Source: Rhina ancylostomus (taxonomy: Eukaryota). From it: 64,000 nucleotides of DNA. Made by a program: the position numbers and the translations under genes. Positions 24,428 through 36,700 of the stretch are shown one piece after another. The stretch lies in assembly GCA_030265395.1 (NCBI GenBank), contig JARFYF010000017.1, positions 32,252,214 through 32,316,213 of the forward strand, written 5' to 3'. Within the stretch, counting starts at the first letter, position 1. Every line of letters starts with the position of its first letter. Under the pieces are notes generated by a model. That model was not told the origin of the DNA. It did not search any database and saw only the letters and a list, made by a program, of their open reading frames with translations.

Positions 24428-24708
24428 CAGGGACAGTGGTGTAGCGGTTAGCACAACGCTATTACAGCGCCAGCGACCTGGGTTCAATTCCGGCAGATGC
24501 CTGTAAGGAGTTTGTACATTTTCCCTGTGTCTGCGTGGGTTCCCTCCCACATTCTAAAGACATACAGGCTAGGAGTTGTGGGCGTGCTACGTTGGCGCCA
24601 GAAGCGTGGTGACACTGGTGGGCTGCCCCCAGAACTCACTGCGCAAAAGCTGCATTTCACTGTGTGCTTTGATGTCCATATGATTGATAAAGATATCTCG
24701 TCTTATCA
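24428..24708 (+). mobile_element. tRNA-headed V-SINE with a Rex1-like rather than CR1-like tail
   Basis: Pol III A box tggtgtagcgg (24437-24447), B box ggttcaattcc (24481-24491), V-domain ctgtaaggagtttgtacatt...ctcccacattc, and tail catttcactgtgtgctttgatgtccatatgattgataaag. Confidence 0.8.
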
Positions 24709-24809
24709 TATATTTTGTGAATCAAACAGAAAAAAAGAGACAGATTTCATCATGGTTTCAAAACAATTAACTGGACAAAAGAAATAAGAAAATAATTAAT
24801 TAATGGCTG

Positions 24810-26050
24810 TTGAAAACAATATGGAATGCTTGGCTTTATAACTAAATGGCATGGAGCACAAGAGGAAGGAATTTATGTTAAACTTCCATTAATCACTGCT
24901 GAGGTGGGCTGTCCACAGATAACAATGTCGGTCACCTGTCTTTGATACGTACTCTTCCACAATCTGATGGAAATCTAGTTTCCAGCTGATTGGTGAGGTC
25001 CAGCATAGTTCAGGACACTTCTTAGCAAAGGTAGTAGCCCGTCTTCAGAAGTATCCTGACAGCTCGTGAAACCTTGTCCTCAGGCCCACCAGTTATCAAA
25101 GCTGCCATTGATATTGAATGATTTTGAACATAGTTGACATCCACACATTCAAAAACAATCGATAGCCATTAAAAATATTACAATGACTACAATATTTGTA
25201 TACAACATTTTTCAATAAAGTCATAGAGTCATAGAATCACGTTGCACAGAATCAGTATTTTGTTCCACTAAGTCCACATCGGGCACTAGAAAACATTGGA
25301 GCACGATTGAGTATATGTATTTACATCCACTAAATTAAATAAAATAAAACAAAAACAATCTTGCAGTTCCCGTCATGCAGTTTCTTGCCACTGAAATCAA
25401 TGGGCAGCTGAATTAGCACCAAGTTAACTCAGCAGTCAACAAGCAGCAGGCAGATTACATGTTTATATAAATGTATGTTTCTGATCTGGAAATCGTAATG
25501 TTTTCCATACAGGGTAGTATTGGTCATGGTCAAGTCTTCCCTTACTTTCTCTTGTTGAAAAGAGGAAGATAGAGCTCAACTAATATTGAAATAGTAGTGA
25601 AAATTCAAAGTCATAAGTGCATTCAGCAGACAGATTACCAACCAATGTGCTGGGACCTCTGCAGGACTCCCTTTGGACTTCAGGAGAAGACCATGAGCTG
25701 ACTGCAGGTGTCTCAGGATTGGTGCTCAGCACAGTGGAAGGTAAGGCTTCTGTCTGACCTCAGAGGAGTTTCTTCCCTGTTAAGTTGGTAAAAGATGGCA
25801 CTTCCAGTTTGAACTAATGTTTTTTTTAGCAGAAGATCCACTTCTATATGTCAGTACACTACAGGAAGAAATTATGCCTGTACAGTGAGGGCAGGGATGA
25901 GAATCGTATCTGGGATGAGGGAAAGATTAGAGAAGTTATGACTCTGCTTCTCAGAGGAGAGAAGGTAAGAGTGAGATTTAATGGAGGGATTCAAAACTAT
26001 GGAGGGCTTTGAAAGAATAACTAAAGAGGAATAGTATCCATCCACTGAAG
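24810..26050 (+). mobile_element. Old CR1 RT C-terminal remnants in two pieces (about 24810-24940 and 25840-26050)
   Basis: ggaatgcttggctttataactaaatggcatggagcacaag resembles GMLGFI.RG.EYK. agattagagaagtta...gagaaggtaagagtgagatttaatggagggattcaaaactatg resembles RLEKL..ERRLRGDLIEVFKIM. Confidence 0.55.
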
Positions 26051-27509
26051 CATCCTACCATTATTGATTTCAACCTGTTCCTCTCAAAACAAAGTAAAGG
26101 AACGCTTCAGAAATGATTAGGGGCTTAGTTTAAGCAGATTGGAACCAGGCAGTTAATATAAATCAATGTGGCTATGAATACATTGGCAGGGCGACCCCTT
26201 TGGGAAGGGACATCAAGGCTGGAAGAGAACTGAAGAAGAGTCTTCTTCTAACCTTGAGCACCCAGGAGATGGATTGCTCACTCCAGGGGTCTCCCTCACA
26301 ACCTGACTGCTGAAACCAGTCCCTACTTTTCACCTTCCCCAGAATGCCAGAGAGCCAATGATTTCACCTCAGACAGTGTCTTTCAGCCAGCACTATCCTT
26401 TGGCATACGGAGTATGTGAATCAGGCCAAGATTTAAAGTCATCCCAGACAGGATGGTTTGCCCCTGGTCTTGGCCCCTGCCTCCTTAATTCTTCCTGAGG
26501 TAAATTGATCTTTCATCATGGGTAATAAGTAACTTATGCTTGTCCAGATGTGACTCTCTTGTGATCCTGAAAACAGAATTTAATTGGAGCAGAGCTGCAG
26601 ATGCTTAATTTTCTTTAACTCTCTTTTTCCCTCCAAGGCTTAACTATGGTACCGGTTCACCCACCTCCTTTCCCAATTTTCCCAATCTCTGGGGACGCAG
26701 GATAAGAAACCATTTTCCCTCCATCCACTCCAGAGGAGCTACATTTTTGAGGCAACCTGATAATTACCTCGTTGTTGTCTCCAGCTGTGACCACACATTC
26801 CAGTGGAGAGGGAAAAATGCTCCGATAATAGCAGATGTCAAGCTTGGTCAAATCCTCGATTTGTCAGGACCTCAAACTGCTCCCAGAACCTTAACTCTCC
26901 AGGGCTCCTTACTTCCCTCAGTTTAATACCCTTCCTGAATTTTTCAGTGTTTTAACATCAACATTTGTATTGTCTGACTATTAATTTACATTCTCTCTGT
27001 TATTTAAATAGATGATCTGCCATCACCACTGGTTTATCCTTTATTTTCAAAAATAACATTCCATTGATGAGAAGTTTAACTGAGACATTCTCTGCAATCC
27101 AAACAAACAGGCAAACATTACTAAAATTGGTTATGTGCAACTGCCTCTTATTATTTTTTGCTTCTCTTTCTCCTTCCACTGTTTCCATCCACCTGTGCTT
27201 TAGTCTTTTATTCTTTCACAACCTGCAGAGCTTTTTTTCTTGTTTTCTCTCCTGGAGAACAAGTAATAGTCAGGAAGCCAGGAGACTGCAGGCTTGCCCA
27301 GAATTAACAGCAGTAATGAAATGTTTTTCAGTTTTACACTTATGATGCAGCATTTTCACAACTATTTAAAATATTAGTGGAGTTCTATCTTCTTCTTTGC
27401 AACAAGAGGAGATAGGGAAAGACTTGACCATTAACCAATATTACTCGTGTGCAGGAAACATTGCAATTTCCAGAAAAAAACGCAAATTTATTCTGCATAT
27501 TCTCAAGCC

Positions 27510-27755
27510 ACATCAAAATGTTTGAAAACAAACAAATTACTGTTTGAAATGTACTCACTGCTGCCATACAAGAAAATGCAGCAGCAAGTTTGTGCTTTGG
27601 AAGGTTAGTGACCAGTTGCTGAGTTCGGGATTTGCTGTTTGAGAAATAACGTTGGCCAGTCTGTCAGAAGACTTACCCTCTCCTATCTTCTCATCACTTA
27701 CATCCAACTGAACAGGTAAAAAGGGCTTCAGCTTAATACTTATTTCAAAAGATGA
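27510..27755 (-). mobile_element. SacSINE1-like fragment
   Basis: tttgaaatgtactcactgctg...gcagcaagtttgtgc...aacgttggccag...acatccaactgaacagg is the reverse complement of the Deu core and tail. Confidence 0.65.
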
Positions 27756-28610
27756 GGTAAGAGACGTCAATGAGGGAGAAAAGGGATGTTTTTAGGAGGC
27801 GTAAGACAAGTGCTGATTACTAAGATTTCTGTACTGAAGGCTTTGCTATTCCCCAAAATGTATTAATAGCTTGGATTAAGAGATAACTGTATATTCAAAT
27901 TTGCAGATGAAATAAAGTTACGAGGCAGTAGTATAGAGACTTAGACAGGGAGTGAATAAGCAAAATCATGATGAATGCAGAATCCAAGACAAAGCAGAAC
28001 ATTTTCTTAATGATGAGAAAGTAGGAGCTGCAGAGAAGAAAATAGATTTCTGTGTCCAAATCACTTTTTCTTTCATATAACTCATTTGGAGCAATAATTG
28101 TAAGTCTAGTTTAAGTTTAGTTAGCCAAGGGAATATAACTCTGCAATATCTGTAAAGAGGTTTGTGTTGTTATGCAGTCCACAGATTAATCAGGATTGCC
28201 AGAGCCATATTCTGCAGTACTATTAAAATATCATCTGTGAGTTAAGTGCCTGATCAAATGTGACAATGCCTCCAGTTTGGAACCCTCCATATTTTTGTGG
28301 AATGTTAAAGGTAGGAGACTTTGTTGTTGTGTCAGAAATTAGATGTTTATTCCAGACAGTCATTTTGTTTTATGCTTTTGTCCAAGCTGCTGAATTGTCA
28401 TGTCCTACTAGGGCTTGGACACAGATCCACAAAGGTATCCAGGGGGCCAAGAGATGAGCTGTGAGTCTCTTTAGGTTTCTATGGATAGAGAGGTCCAGGT
28501 TGTCATCCATGAAAGTGACCTCTCTGTATGAGACTATGACAATACATTCTGCCCTGCTTTCATTCTAGATCATTCCATTATTTCTTAGAAAGTGTTGAGA
28601 GTTAAGCTCA

Positions 28611-28904
28611 GGCTTAAGGACAGCTTCTATCTTATGATACTACGACTATTGAATGGTTCCCTTATACGATGAGATGGACTCCAGACCTCAATCTACCTTG
28701 TTTGACCTTGCACCTTATTGTCTACCTGCAGTACATTTTACTCTGTATTCTGTTATTGTTTTTACCCTGTACTACCTTAATGCACTCTGTACTAACTCAA
28801 TGTATCTGCACTGCGTAATGAATTGATCTGTATAAATGAGATGCAAGACAAGTTTTTCACTGTACCTCAGCACAAGTGACAATAATAAACCAATATCAAT
28901 ACCA
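28611..28904 (+). mobile_element. Rex1/Babar 3' end flanked by a possible agctca duplication
   Basis: ggcttaaggacagcttctat (RLKDSFY)...gtgacaataataaaccaatatcaatacca. agctca occurs close to both ends. Confidence 0.85.
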
Positions 28905-29498
28905 CAGCTCACCAGGACATTGTTGGACATGGTAATTCTTCTCTACAGAAGGTGATGGTGAGATGAGCACATGCCTTCTGGTTGGTGAGGTTGAAAGCTC
29001 AGACCTAATTAGATTTGGTCACAGCCCACCTTTGCAGAAATACCCAGCCTTCATTGACAAACCTTCACTCTCTTTGAAGGGATATGCCCGCATAGTTAAT
29101 GTCAGATCAATGACACACGCAAATTTCCTTGAAGTGGTGAACGGATATTTCTTATGCAAATGTTGAAGAGAGTTGGGGCAAGCTCATTATCTATGGGAGG
29201 CTGCCATCTAGGATCCTTGATCTGCTCACATTGTCTGATAGGAAGACAGCATCTGTCCATTACCCAGAAGTATCCACAAATGGTGGATCAGCCGAGTGCA
29301 TCAGGGAAGGTGGGTCTGTTGTAGCAACGAATCATGCTTCGTGATCAAAATCAAAAAACAGCAGATCGAAATCAAAAAAATTTTAGATGCTGGAAATCTG
29401 AAACAAAAGCACCAAATATTGGAAACATCTGTAGAGAGAGATAATGAGTTAACATTTTGGCTCTTGGACTCTTCTAGAAGGGTTTTAGATCTGAAATG

Positions 29499-29660
29499 TC
29501 TGCACTGTGTAATGAATTGATCTGTATAAATAGGATGCAAGACAAGTTTTTCACTGTACCTCAGTACAAGTGACAATAATAAACCAATATCAATACCACA
29601 GCTAACGAAGACATTGTTGGACATGGTAATTCTTCTCTACAGAAGTTGATGGTGAGATGA
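29499..29660 (+). repeat. 162-bp copy of 28805-28966 inserted into a Penelope-derived hairpin (about 29375-29710)
   Basis: Ungapped alignment with about 8 mismatches. It contains the Rex tail plus about 60 bp of unique 3' flank. Confidence 0.9.
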
Positions 29661-29987
29661 AGGTGATGGTGACAGATGCTGCCTAGCCAGCATTCTCTGT
29701 TTTTGCTCCAAAGTATTATTGCAGGAAGCTCAATGCATTGGTAGTCATAAGGTTTCACTGGGTGCCATCAAATTACTTAAAGTCAGTGAGGAGACACAAA
29801 AATAATCATAAAGGCTAAAACCTTGATGGTCTTTATCTCAAGACAGCTGGAATCTAAAATGATGGTAAGTTGTCTGGCATCTTGCAGTGCTATGTTCAGT
29901 TTCGGACTTCGACCCGAGGGAAAGTTATTTGTCTTGAAATAGGACCAGCGCAGAATCAACAAAGTGAGTCCAGGCATAAGACCCACA

Positions 29988-30331
29988 GTCATATGGTATG
30001 GAAACAGGTCCTTTGACCCACTATGCTGACAACCAAAGCCTATCAACACTAATCCCATTTTTGTTATTCACCCTACATTCTTCTCAACTCCCAGGTTCAA
30101 TCACTCTCCACAAGATTGTTTCACGCACAAGGGGCAATTTACAGTGGCCATCTAACATACCAACTTGTACAACTCCAGGATGTGGGAGGGAACTATGAAC
30201 ACCCAGAGGAAACTCAGGTAGTCATGGGGAGACACCGCAAATTCCACACAGACAGCACCCTCCCTTAGGATTGAACTGGCGTTGCTGGGAGCTGTGAAGC
30301 AGCAGCTCTACCAGTTGAGCCACTGTGCCAC
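29988..30331 (-). mobile_element. HE1-like V-SINE
   Basis: atggaaacaggtcctttgacccac ... caaattccacacagacagcaccc ... gagccactgtgcca. Confidence 0.9.
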
Positions 30332-30669
30332 ACGTAATGTATAATATAATTATGCTGTTTAAAATGAGACTATAGGGGATACTGATGGAGAAACGAGCTC
30401 CTCTGTTGGCTGCAGTGTAGGAACAGGGGACAGAGCCAGGGTGTGAACCAGGGAATCAGTTTTCTCCACACAATAGGAATTCTGGGTATCACTCCTCAAA
30501 TGCCAGTGAACATGGAATCAATTGGTATTTCCAAGACTGAGACATATCTTTTTGTTAAGTCAGGGTATCAAGGGATATGGATGAAAACCAAATAAATGGA
30601 GTCAAGGTACAAGTCAACCATGATCTAACTGAATAGTGGAACAGCCGTGAGCAGCTGAATGGCCTATTC

Positions 30670-30797
30670 CTCAGCACTTCCTCGCTTCTGCACAGAAGTG
30701 TCAGCCGAGATTATGGACTCACACCTTGAAGTAGAGAGTGAACACTGGACTGCCTGACTCAGAGATGAAAACACTATTACTGAGCCAAGGCTGACAG
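30670..30797 (-). mobile_element. SacSINE1-like 5' head fragment
   Basis: gcacagaagtgtcagcc...ctgactcagagatgaaaacactattactgagccaaggctgaca. Confidence 0.65.
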
Positions 30798-33700
30798 ACA
30801 GGTAAACACAGTTCCTGGTGAATGAAGGAGAGTTGGTTGGCCTGAATATTTTACAAAACATATCCTTCCGGTTTCTGAGAAGCTGATGCTTCTATTGCAC
30901 TGGAATTGCGGCTGAAATGGCTCTTACTGCACATCGGCTGCTCTGCCCCTGTACTGAAGATTTTTGCTCCCTGAGTCACAAGCACGTTTCCCCATAAAAA
31001 AAACTTTCAGCGTGTCTGGGCAGACTCTGCGTACTCCTCAAGCAAACAATAATATTTATTGGACAGATGTTCTTTAGTGACCTGTTTCTTTCCCTGGAGA
31101 CAGAACCACCAGCATACTGGCTGATATTTTAAAATCTGGGATATTTTCTTTGTCACATCTTGGCAGGTTCCACTTTAAAAATTATAACCTACTCAGATCA
31201 TCAGATACCTGACACAGTGGACCTGGGTTCATTTTTCAAGACTTGCGTTGGATAAGCTCTGGATGATTTTTGGTTCTTATGACAGAAACAGGTGGATTCT
31301 TATTTAGAAGTGACTGCATGCCTGAATCGCTGGCTGAGATGATGTTTTCAATTTTATTATTAAAATATTAATAGCTATTTATTCAATTTTTAAAATATGT
31401 TTTATGTTAAGCTGTCATTATCTCAGAATATGTTTAGTTCAGCTTCATTTAATTTGGGTCAGAGAACTGCTACTTGGCAGTGTTTCTTTTCATATCTCAC
31501 CAATGCTGAGGTTTCATTGCATTTAATTCGCAGATTAAATTTCAGGATCCATGTACAGGCCAGTTTCTATCTTTAAGTGTCTTTCTAGTTGCTTTTCTGG
31601 GAAATATGGACCAGAAAATGCTTGCTCAACTCAATGGAACCGAAGCTCAGAAGCAGAGCAGAATGCACACTTGTTACTAAATGGCAGGTTGAATCTTCCC
31701 CCAAAATAAATGGCAAAATCCAAGCGACTTTCAAAAAACAGTTGATTCCAAATGTAAAGAAATAACATTCTCAAAACTGGAAGGGAGCAGCTTTTCTGAG
31801 TGATGCTCCAATGGATTTTGTTTGCATAGTATTTTCCATAATTAATGTCCAAGAAACTTCACTGAATTAGGTCAAGTCTCATTGGAAGGAGAGCAGCTTC
31901 CCAGGCCTCATGTGCTCTTTCTGGAGTTGTGGAGGGAGCATGGTTTTCAGGCTGGAGAGTTAACAGCAGGGAACTGGAAGTAGACGTTTAGTCTTGAAAG
32001 GGGAGTTAAAGGTAATAAACTAACAAGCGGGTGTGAGGGCAGTGTCTCATCTAGAATTTGGTGCTTCAGTCACATTTGGTCATAATTTGTGGGGGATCTG
32101 CCTAACCTGGAAATAATCACGCCTCAGTGGTTGGCTCTGAATCCACCTCAAGGAACTCCTCATGTTGGATCAGGGACGGGACAACTCCAGACACAGGACA
32201 CGCGTATCTCATGAATGAAAAAAGTGTCATCCCCATGGGGCTGCATTTCAATGGGTATACTGCTGGACTAATGGAGCTGGAGATAATAAGGTGGTTCACC
32301 AGATTTACCCATAAAAAACTTGAGCCATGCAGATGAAGAGAGCACCTGTTTCCACCCATATCCTGTACTCAGCTCTTCCATCTCACACTCAGTACCCAAA
32401 ATCAACTTATGTACTTTTGGGTTCGGGATGGAGATTCTGGATAGTGATGGATTGGGTTCAGCTACGAGATTCCCATCATTTCAACCAATACTCCAATAAT
32501 TATTTTGTCTGCAAATAATCAATGTCATGATCAAAGATACAAATAATGACCACTGGGATAAATGCCACAGAAGCATAATGAGTGAGAAATCAAGGGCTCT
32601 AAAATTAAACAGTGGTTCTACTGGTGACCTGCTGCAACTCTGGAGTTGGTATAAATGGCAGTTTTCATCCACTTCCCTGAGGACTATGTGGGTCTTCCTC
32701 CAGGCTTATGGCCAGGAGAGAGTATGATCAATATCTTCAAGGCAGGGGCAGGAAAAGAAGGCAGTTAAAAAAAAAATCATTAGGGATCAGATGAAGAGCT
32801 GAAAGGGAAATTACCACTGAGGATACTTCCTAACCAGGTTTTATTCTTTAATGTTAAAGATTAGTGTACTGCCGACTCCACAGGTTTTTTTTCAAACCAA
32901 GAATCTCTGCCAAGTCACACTGGTTTGGGATGGTGCACAAGTGTGTACCTGATTATTATGCTAATTAGGAAATAATGACACGAAGCTGCATGAGGCCACC
33001 ATTTGAAACATTCTCATCATCACCAGAGATTTTGCAAACATAGCACAAGCTGTTGAAGTCTGCAGTAAAACATTTCACGATAAAGTGATTGTGACTGGGC
33101 CAGTGGACAGTCTGCTGGGTTTTGACTCTTGTGTCCTCTCTGCTTCGTCTGTGCAAAACACTTTTATTTTATACCAGATGGCAAGCCCTTCATTAGGTTG
33201 GTGATGGCATATGGAGATTGTTTTAAAAAAAGGTTGGTTGAAAATCAGCCAATTTTGAAACAACATTCACCTTTGGCTGGAATACTCCCTTGATTATAAT
33301 TCAGCTCATACAGATAGGTCTATTTATTGGGGGAAGATTCTGTGATAATCAGTGAGATGCCTGTCCTCATACCTGACCTCCAAACAAAGTTTGTACTTAC
33401 CTGGTGCAATCTCTCCAGTGGGAGCTTGCTGATTGAAGCCAGTCTGGTGCTTAGTAGCAAGGTCCAGCAAGGCAAAATATCATCATTTCAGAAACAAAAT
33501 ACCTCTGTGCAATTCTTCTTATTCTTTCTGATTTAAAAGTTTACATCTTTTGATTTGTTTTCATGGTAGTGTACGTTTGTGCTGGGAGATTAAAACTGAA
33601 TAACACAAATAAGTTCATCTTCAATTACTCTAACATTAAAACCATTGAGAACTCACTTGCCACTTGGAATATATTTTTTTGAACATTTTAGGGTGAGAGC

Positions 33701-36700
33701 CCTTTTCCCCTTTCAGATGCTGTTTGAGTATATTCCCAGCATTTTCTGCTTTGTGCTCTGATTACTCTCCCTGACTTCTTTTTCCATCTGGAGTAAAACT
33801 GAAAGTAGGTTGGCTTCACTTTGTGTAAAACTACAGGTCCGTCATTCAGACCATGAATACTTGAAATCATCTGAAGCACAGAATAAAGGCACAGTACAAG
33901 TTGAGTTCTGAACCTTGACAGTTGCTTTTAAAATATTGAGTATTGGATTAGACAAGACCTCGCAATGAATTGGAAGGAATTAAATGGTTTGACATCAGGA
34001 GGAGAATACATTCAATGAAAGACATTTTTTTTAAACTTAAAAAAGGGCACTTCAAAAAGGTACCTGTAATGAAATGCCAGATCTGGTTCAAGTGAGAAAT
34101 AAAAATATATAGAATGGCTTTGGAATCTAATGCATCTCAAAGACAATTAATAATAATGGTTAGTGTCAAAGTCATCCTCAAGCATTCAAAGAAGGAGGAA
34201 TTTTGTCTTCTTTTGTGTGTAACTAAAGAAATTGATTTTTAATAGGTATATACTTCATTACATCATAGCAGCAAGTAGAACATGTTATATTGGTAGCAGT
34301 TGATAGATGAAAAATAATGGATGCCAGTTCATCATGGGTGATTCTTACTACTAGGAATTGCAAAGCTATACAAATTTGTGAAAATATCTACCAAAATTAT
34401 GAAAGTAACAAAGAATCGAACTACATGGGCTAATTAAATCAAAATTTCTCCTTTTGTAACTGTATTTTCTGTACAAAATTCTGATGTTTGAGTAAAATTG
34501 AACTCGAATAAGTTTGTAACTAAATTAAGCAACCATCCTTCAATTCTCTTGCTAGCTACAGATAAAATTTAGATGGAACAGTTCTTTTTTTACAGCAGTG
34601 GCATAGGTAATGTGTTAACGGGCATTAAATCTTGCATTCAAAGGAAAATTCCTATGTAATTTTAATTGTTGCATATTCTCATATCAGTCATTTAAGTCAC
34701 CTTTATTTTTATGTTGTGGCAATGTCTTCAGTGATATAACTAAGTAAATAACTTTTAAGCTGCATTTCCATTCCTCTGGAGATGCCTTTCATGATGCAAG
34801 TGAAATGTCTCTTCTCAGCACGCCAACAGCAATTTGAAATCAAATATGGATAAGGAATTATTGAGTTAGGCCAGACAGTGTGCAGAAATATTTCTCTGTG
34901 AAATTTGGAATTATCTGGCATTTTAACAGAGTAGAAAGGCTGTTAATTCAAAATTAGGCTTTCCTTTCACTTCAACTGAATTGGGATAGAATTTTATTTT
35001 GGAATCACTCCAGCTGGAATGTTTGCCAAGTTATCCTGTTTCTTTTTGAATGGGATCAAATCCAAATCAATAGCCAATTAATCAGTGTAAACTGGGTTCA
35101 TGATTCAGTAGTTTAAGACTAACTATTATAATGCCTCCAATTGTAAATAACAATAGCCATCATACCTGATTTAGTCAATGTTGATTGAAGCTAAAGTCAA
35201 GAAAATTGCAGAAAATTCTGACCTTGGTAACAACTATAATTGAGACCCTGTTGTCTTGGTTCATATTTATGACAGCAATGAGAATTTAGATCAGTTAGAA
35301 TTCTTCAAAGGACTACATTATGAAAGAAAACAGCTTTCAATAATGGCCTAATACCTGGTCATATATTCAGCATTATGTCCTTTATCTATCCCAGAAAAAA
35401 AGTCTGGAGTTACAATGCAAGTATTATTTTCTTTGACTGAACGTACCCTAATCTTTCCTGAATTCTCCTCTTTACTCATACGATCTTCTTCTTTTCACGA
35501 ACTAAAGATTTTAGTTTTATTTAACTAAATTGTGCTCCAATTATTTGAATTGTTTAGAAGGCAAACACAAAGGATTTCATTTGAAGTATTGATGACAATC
35601 TCTTTCAGGTGAGCTAATAGAAATTCCACGTTGATATCAGCATGTTTTTGTAAGAAGATAAAATTCCGTATTACAAATTCAATGTCCCAATAATATTTTA
35701 GATAGCATCACTTTCTTTCTGCTATAAATTTGATTATTTTTCCACCCCTGATCTAAACATACCATTCAAATATCTGTTACAATTCTGTCCCAAAGCAAAT
35801 CCCTACTGACATGGAACATCTTACGGTTATAAAGTAGAGATGCTTTATTAGATCCATTTAGTTAGAACATAATTATTAAATTATTTCTCTCCTGATGAAA
35901 TTCTACTTCTTTTACAAAGCTACAAGATCTTCTTTATAATGCAATCAAAGTGCATGTCCATGACTAATCAGCCTAATCAATAATATAGTCAATTTAACTA
36001 TGCAGGACTGGTCATTATTCATGATTCATCTTGAAACAAACTGCACGCTCTACTGGACTAGACAGAAACCTCCAAAATAATTAGAGTCTAAAGGCATTTT
36101 GATTAAAGAAAAGGTTGGTTTGATTAGGTCATAGTCTATCTGTAGCAGATGATGTCAATGTGTGTCTAAAAAAAGCAAAAATATGTGAAAATCTGCTACA
36201 GTGAAAAGTCATCACTTACTAGTGAAGCACCCATAAGCAACATTATAGCCAATTTAATTTACATTTCCAATCTATAACTTGCAGCTATAGAGAAGAAGCA
36301 ATCCAAAATGATGTACATTAGTCAGAGTACATCACAAGGAGGAGACACAACAGTCTTGTGCTGGGGAATAGGCAGAGGAACAAAATACAACGTCAGAAGC
36401 TGGAGCTTTAAAAAAAACAGGACACTCACAGCATTTCAGAACAATTGATGGAAATCATGCCAGGATTAAACTGTTGAGATCTGCTCTTTTTAAATGGAGA
36501 CAACATGGAATGTAAATGATCAGCAGGTGTGTAATATTTGATGAATTCTCCGTGCAACAGTGCACGGTCAATGCAGGAAAATCAGGCTGGGAGGGAGACC
36601 ATTTGCCAATTACAAACTGCCGAATGGGTTGTGTTGTGGGACTGCTCTTCTCCTATCAGCTTTTCAGTGCTTGTTGCAATCAACAGCCCCAGGTTATGGA

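Larger units (their letters stand above)
27860..30670 (+). mobile_element. Old CR1 in three pieces (27860-28066, 29769-29985, 30345-30670), split by later insertions
   Basis: ttcaaatttgcagatgaaataaagtta (KFADE.KL), then aaaggctaa...gtctttatctcaagacagctggaatctaaa and gtgctatgttcagtttcgg, then the 3' tail gggtatcaagggatatgg...gctgaatggcctattcct. Confidence 0.65.

Noticed and set aside
24428-24500. tRNA gene
   Set aside because: The A and B boxes belong to a SINE head that continues into a V-domain, and there is no acceptor stem or terminator.
32480-32700. Minus-strand PQGS- and LFAD-like RT motifs
   Set aside because: The spacing is atypical and the sequence too decayed. It may be an old LINE but this is unsupported.
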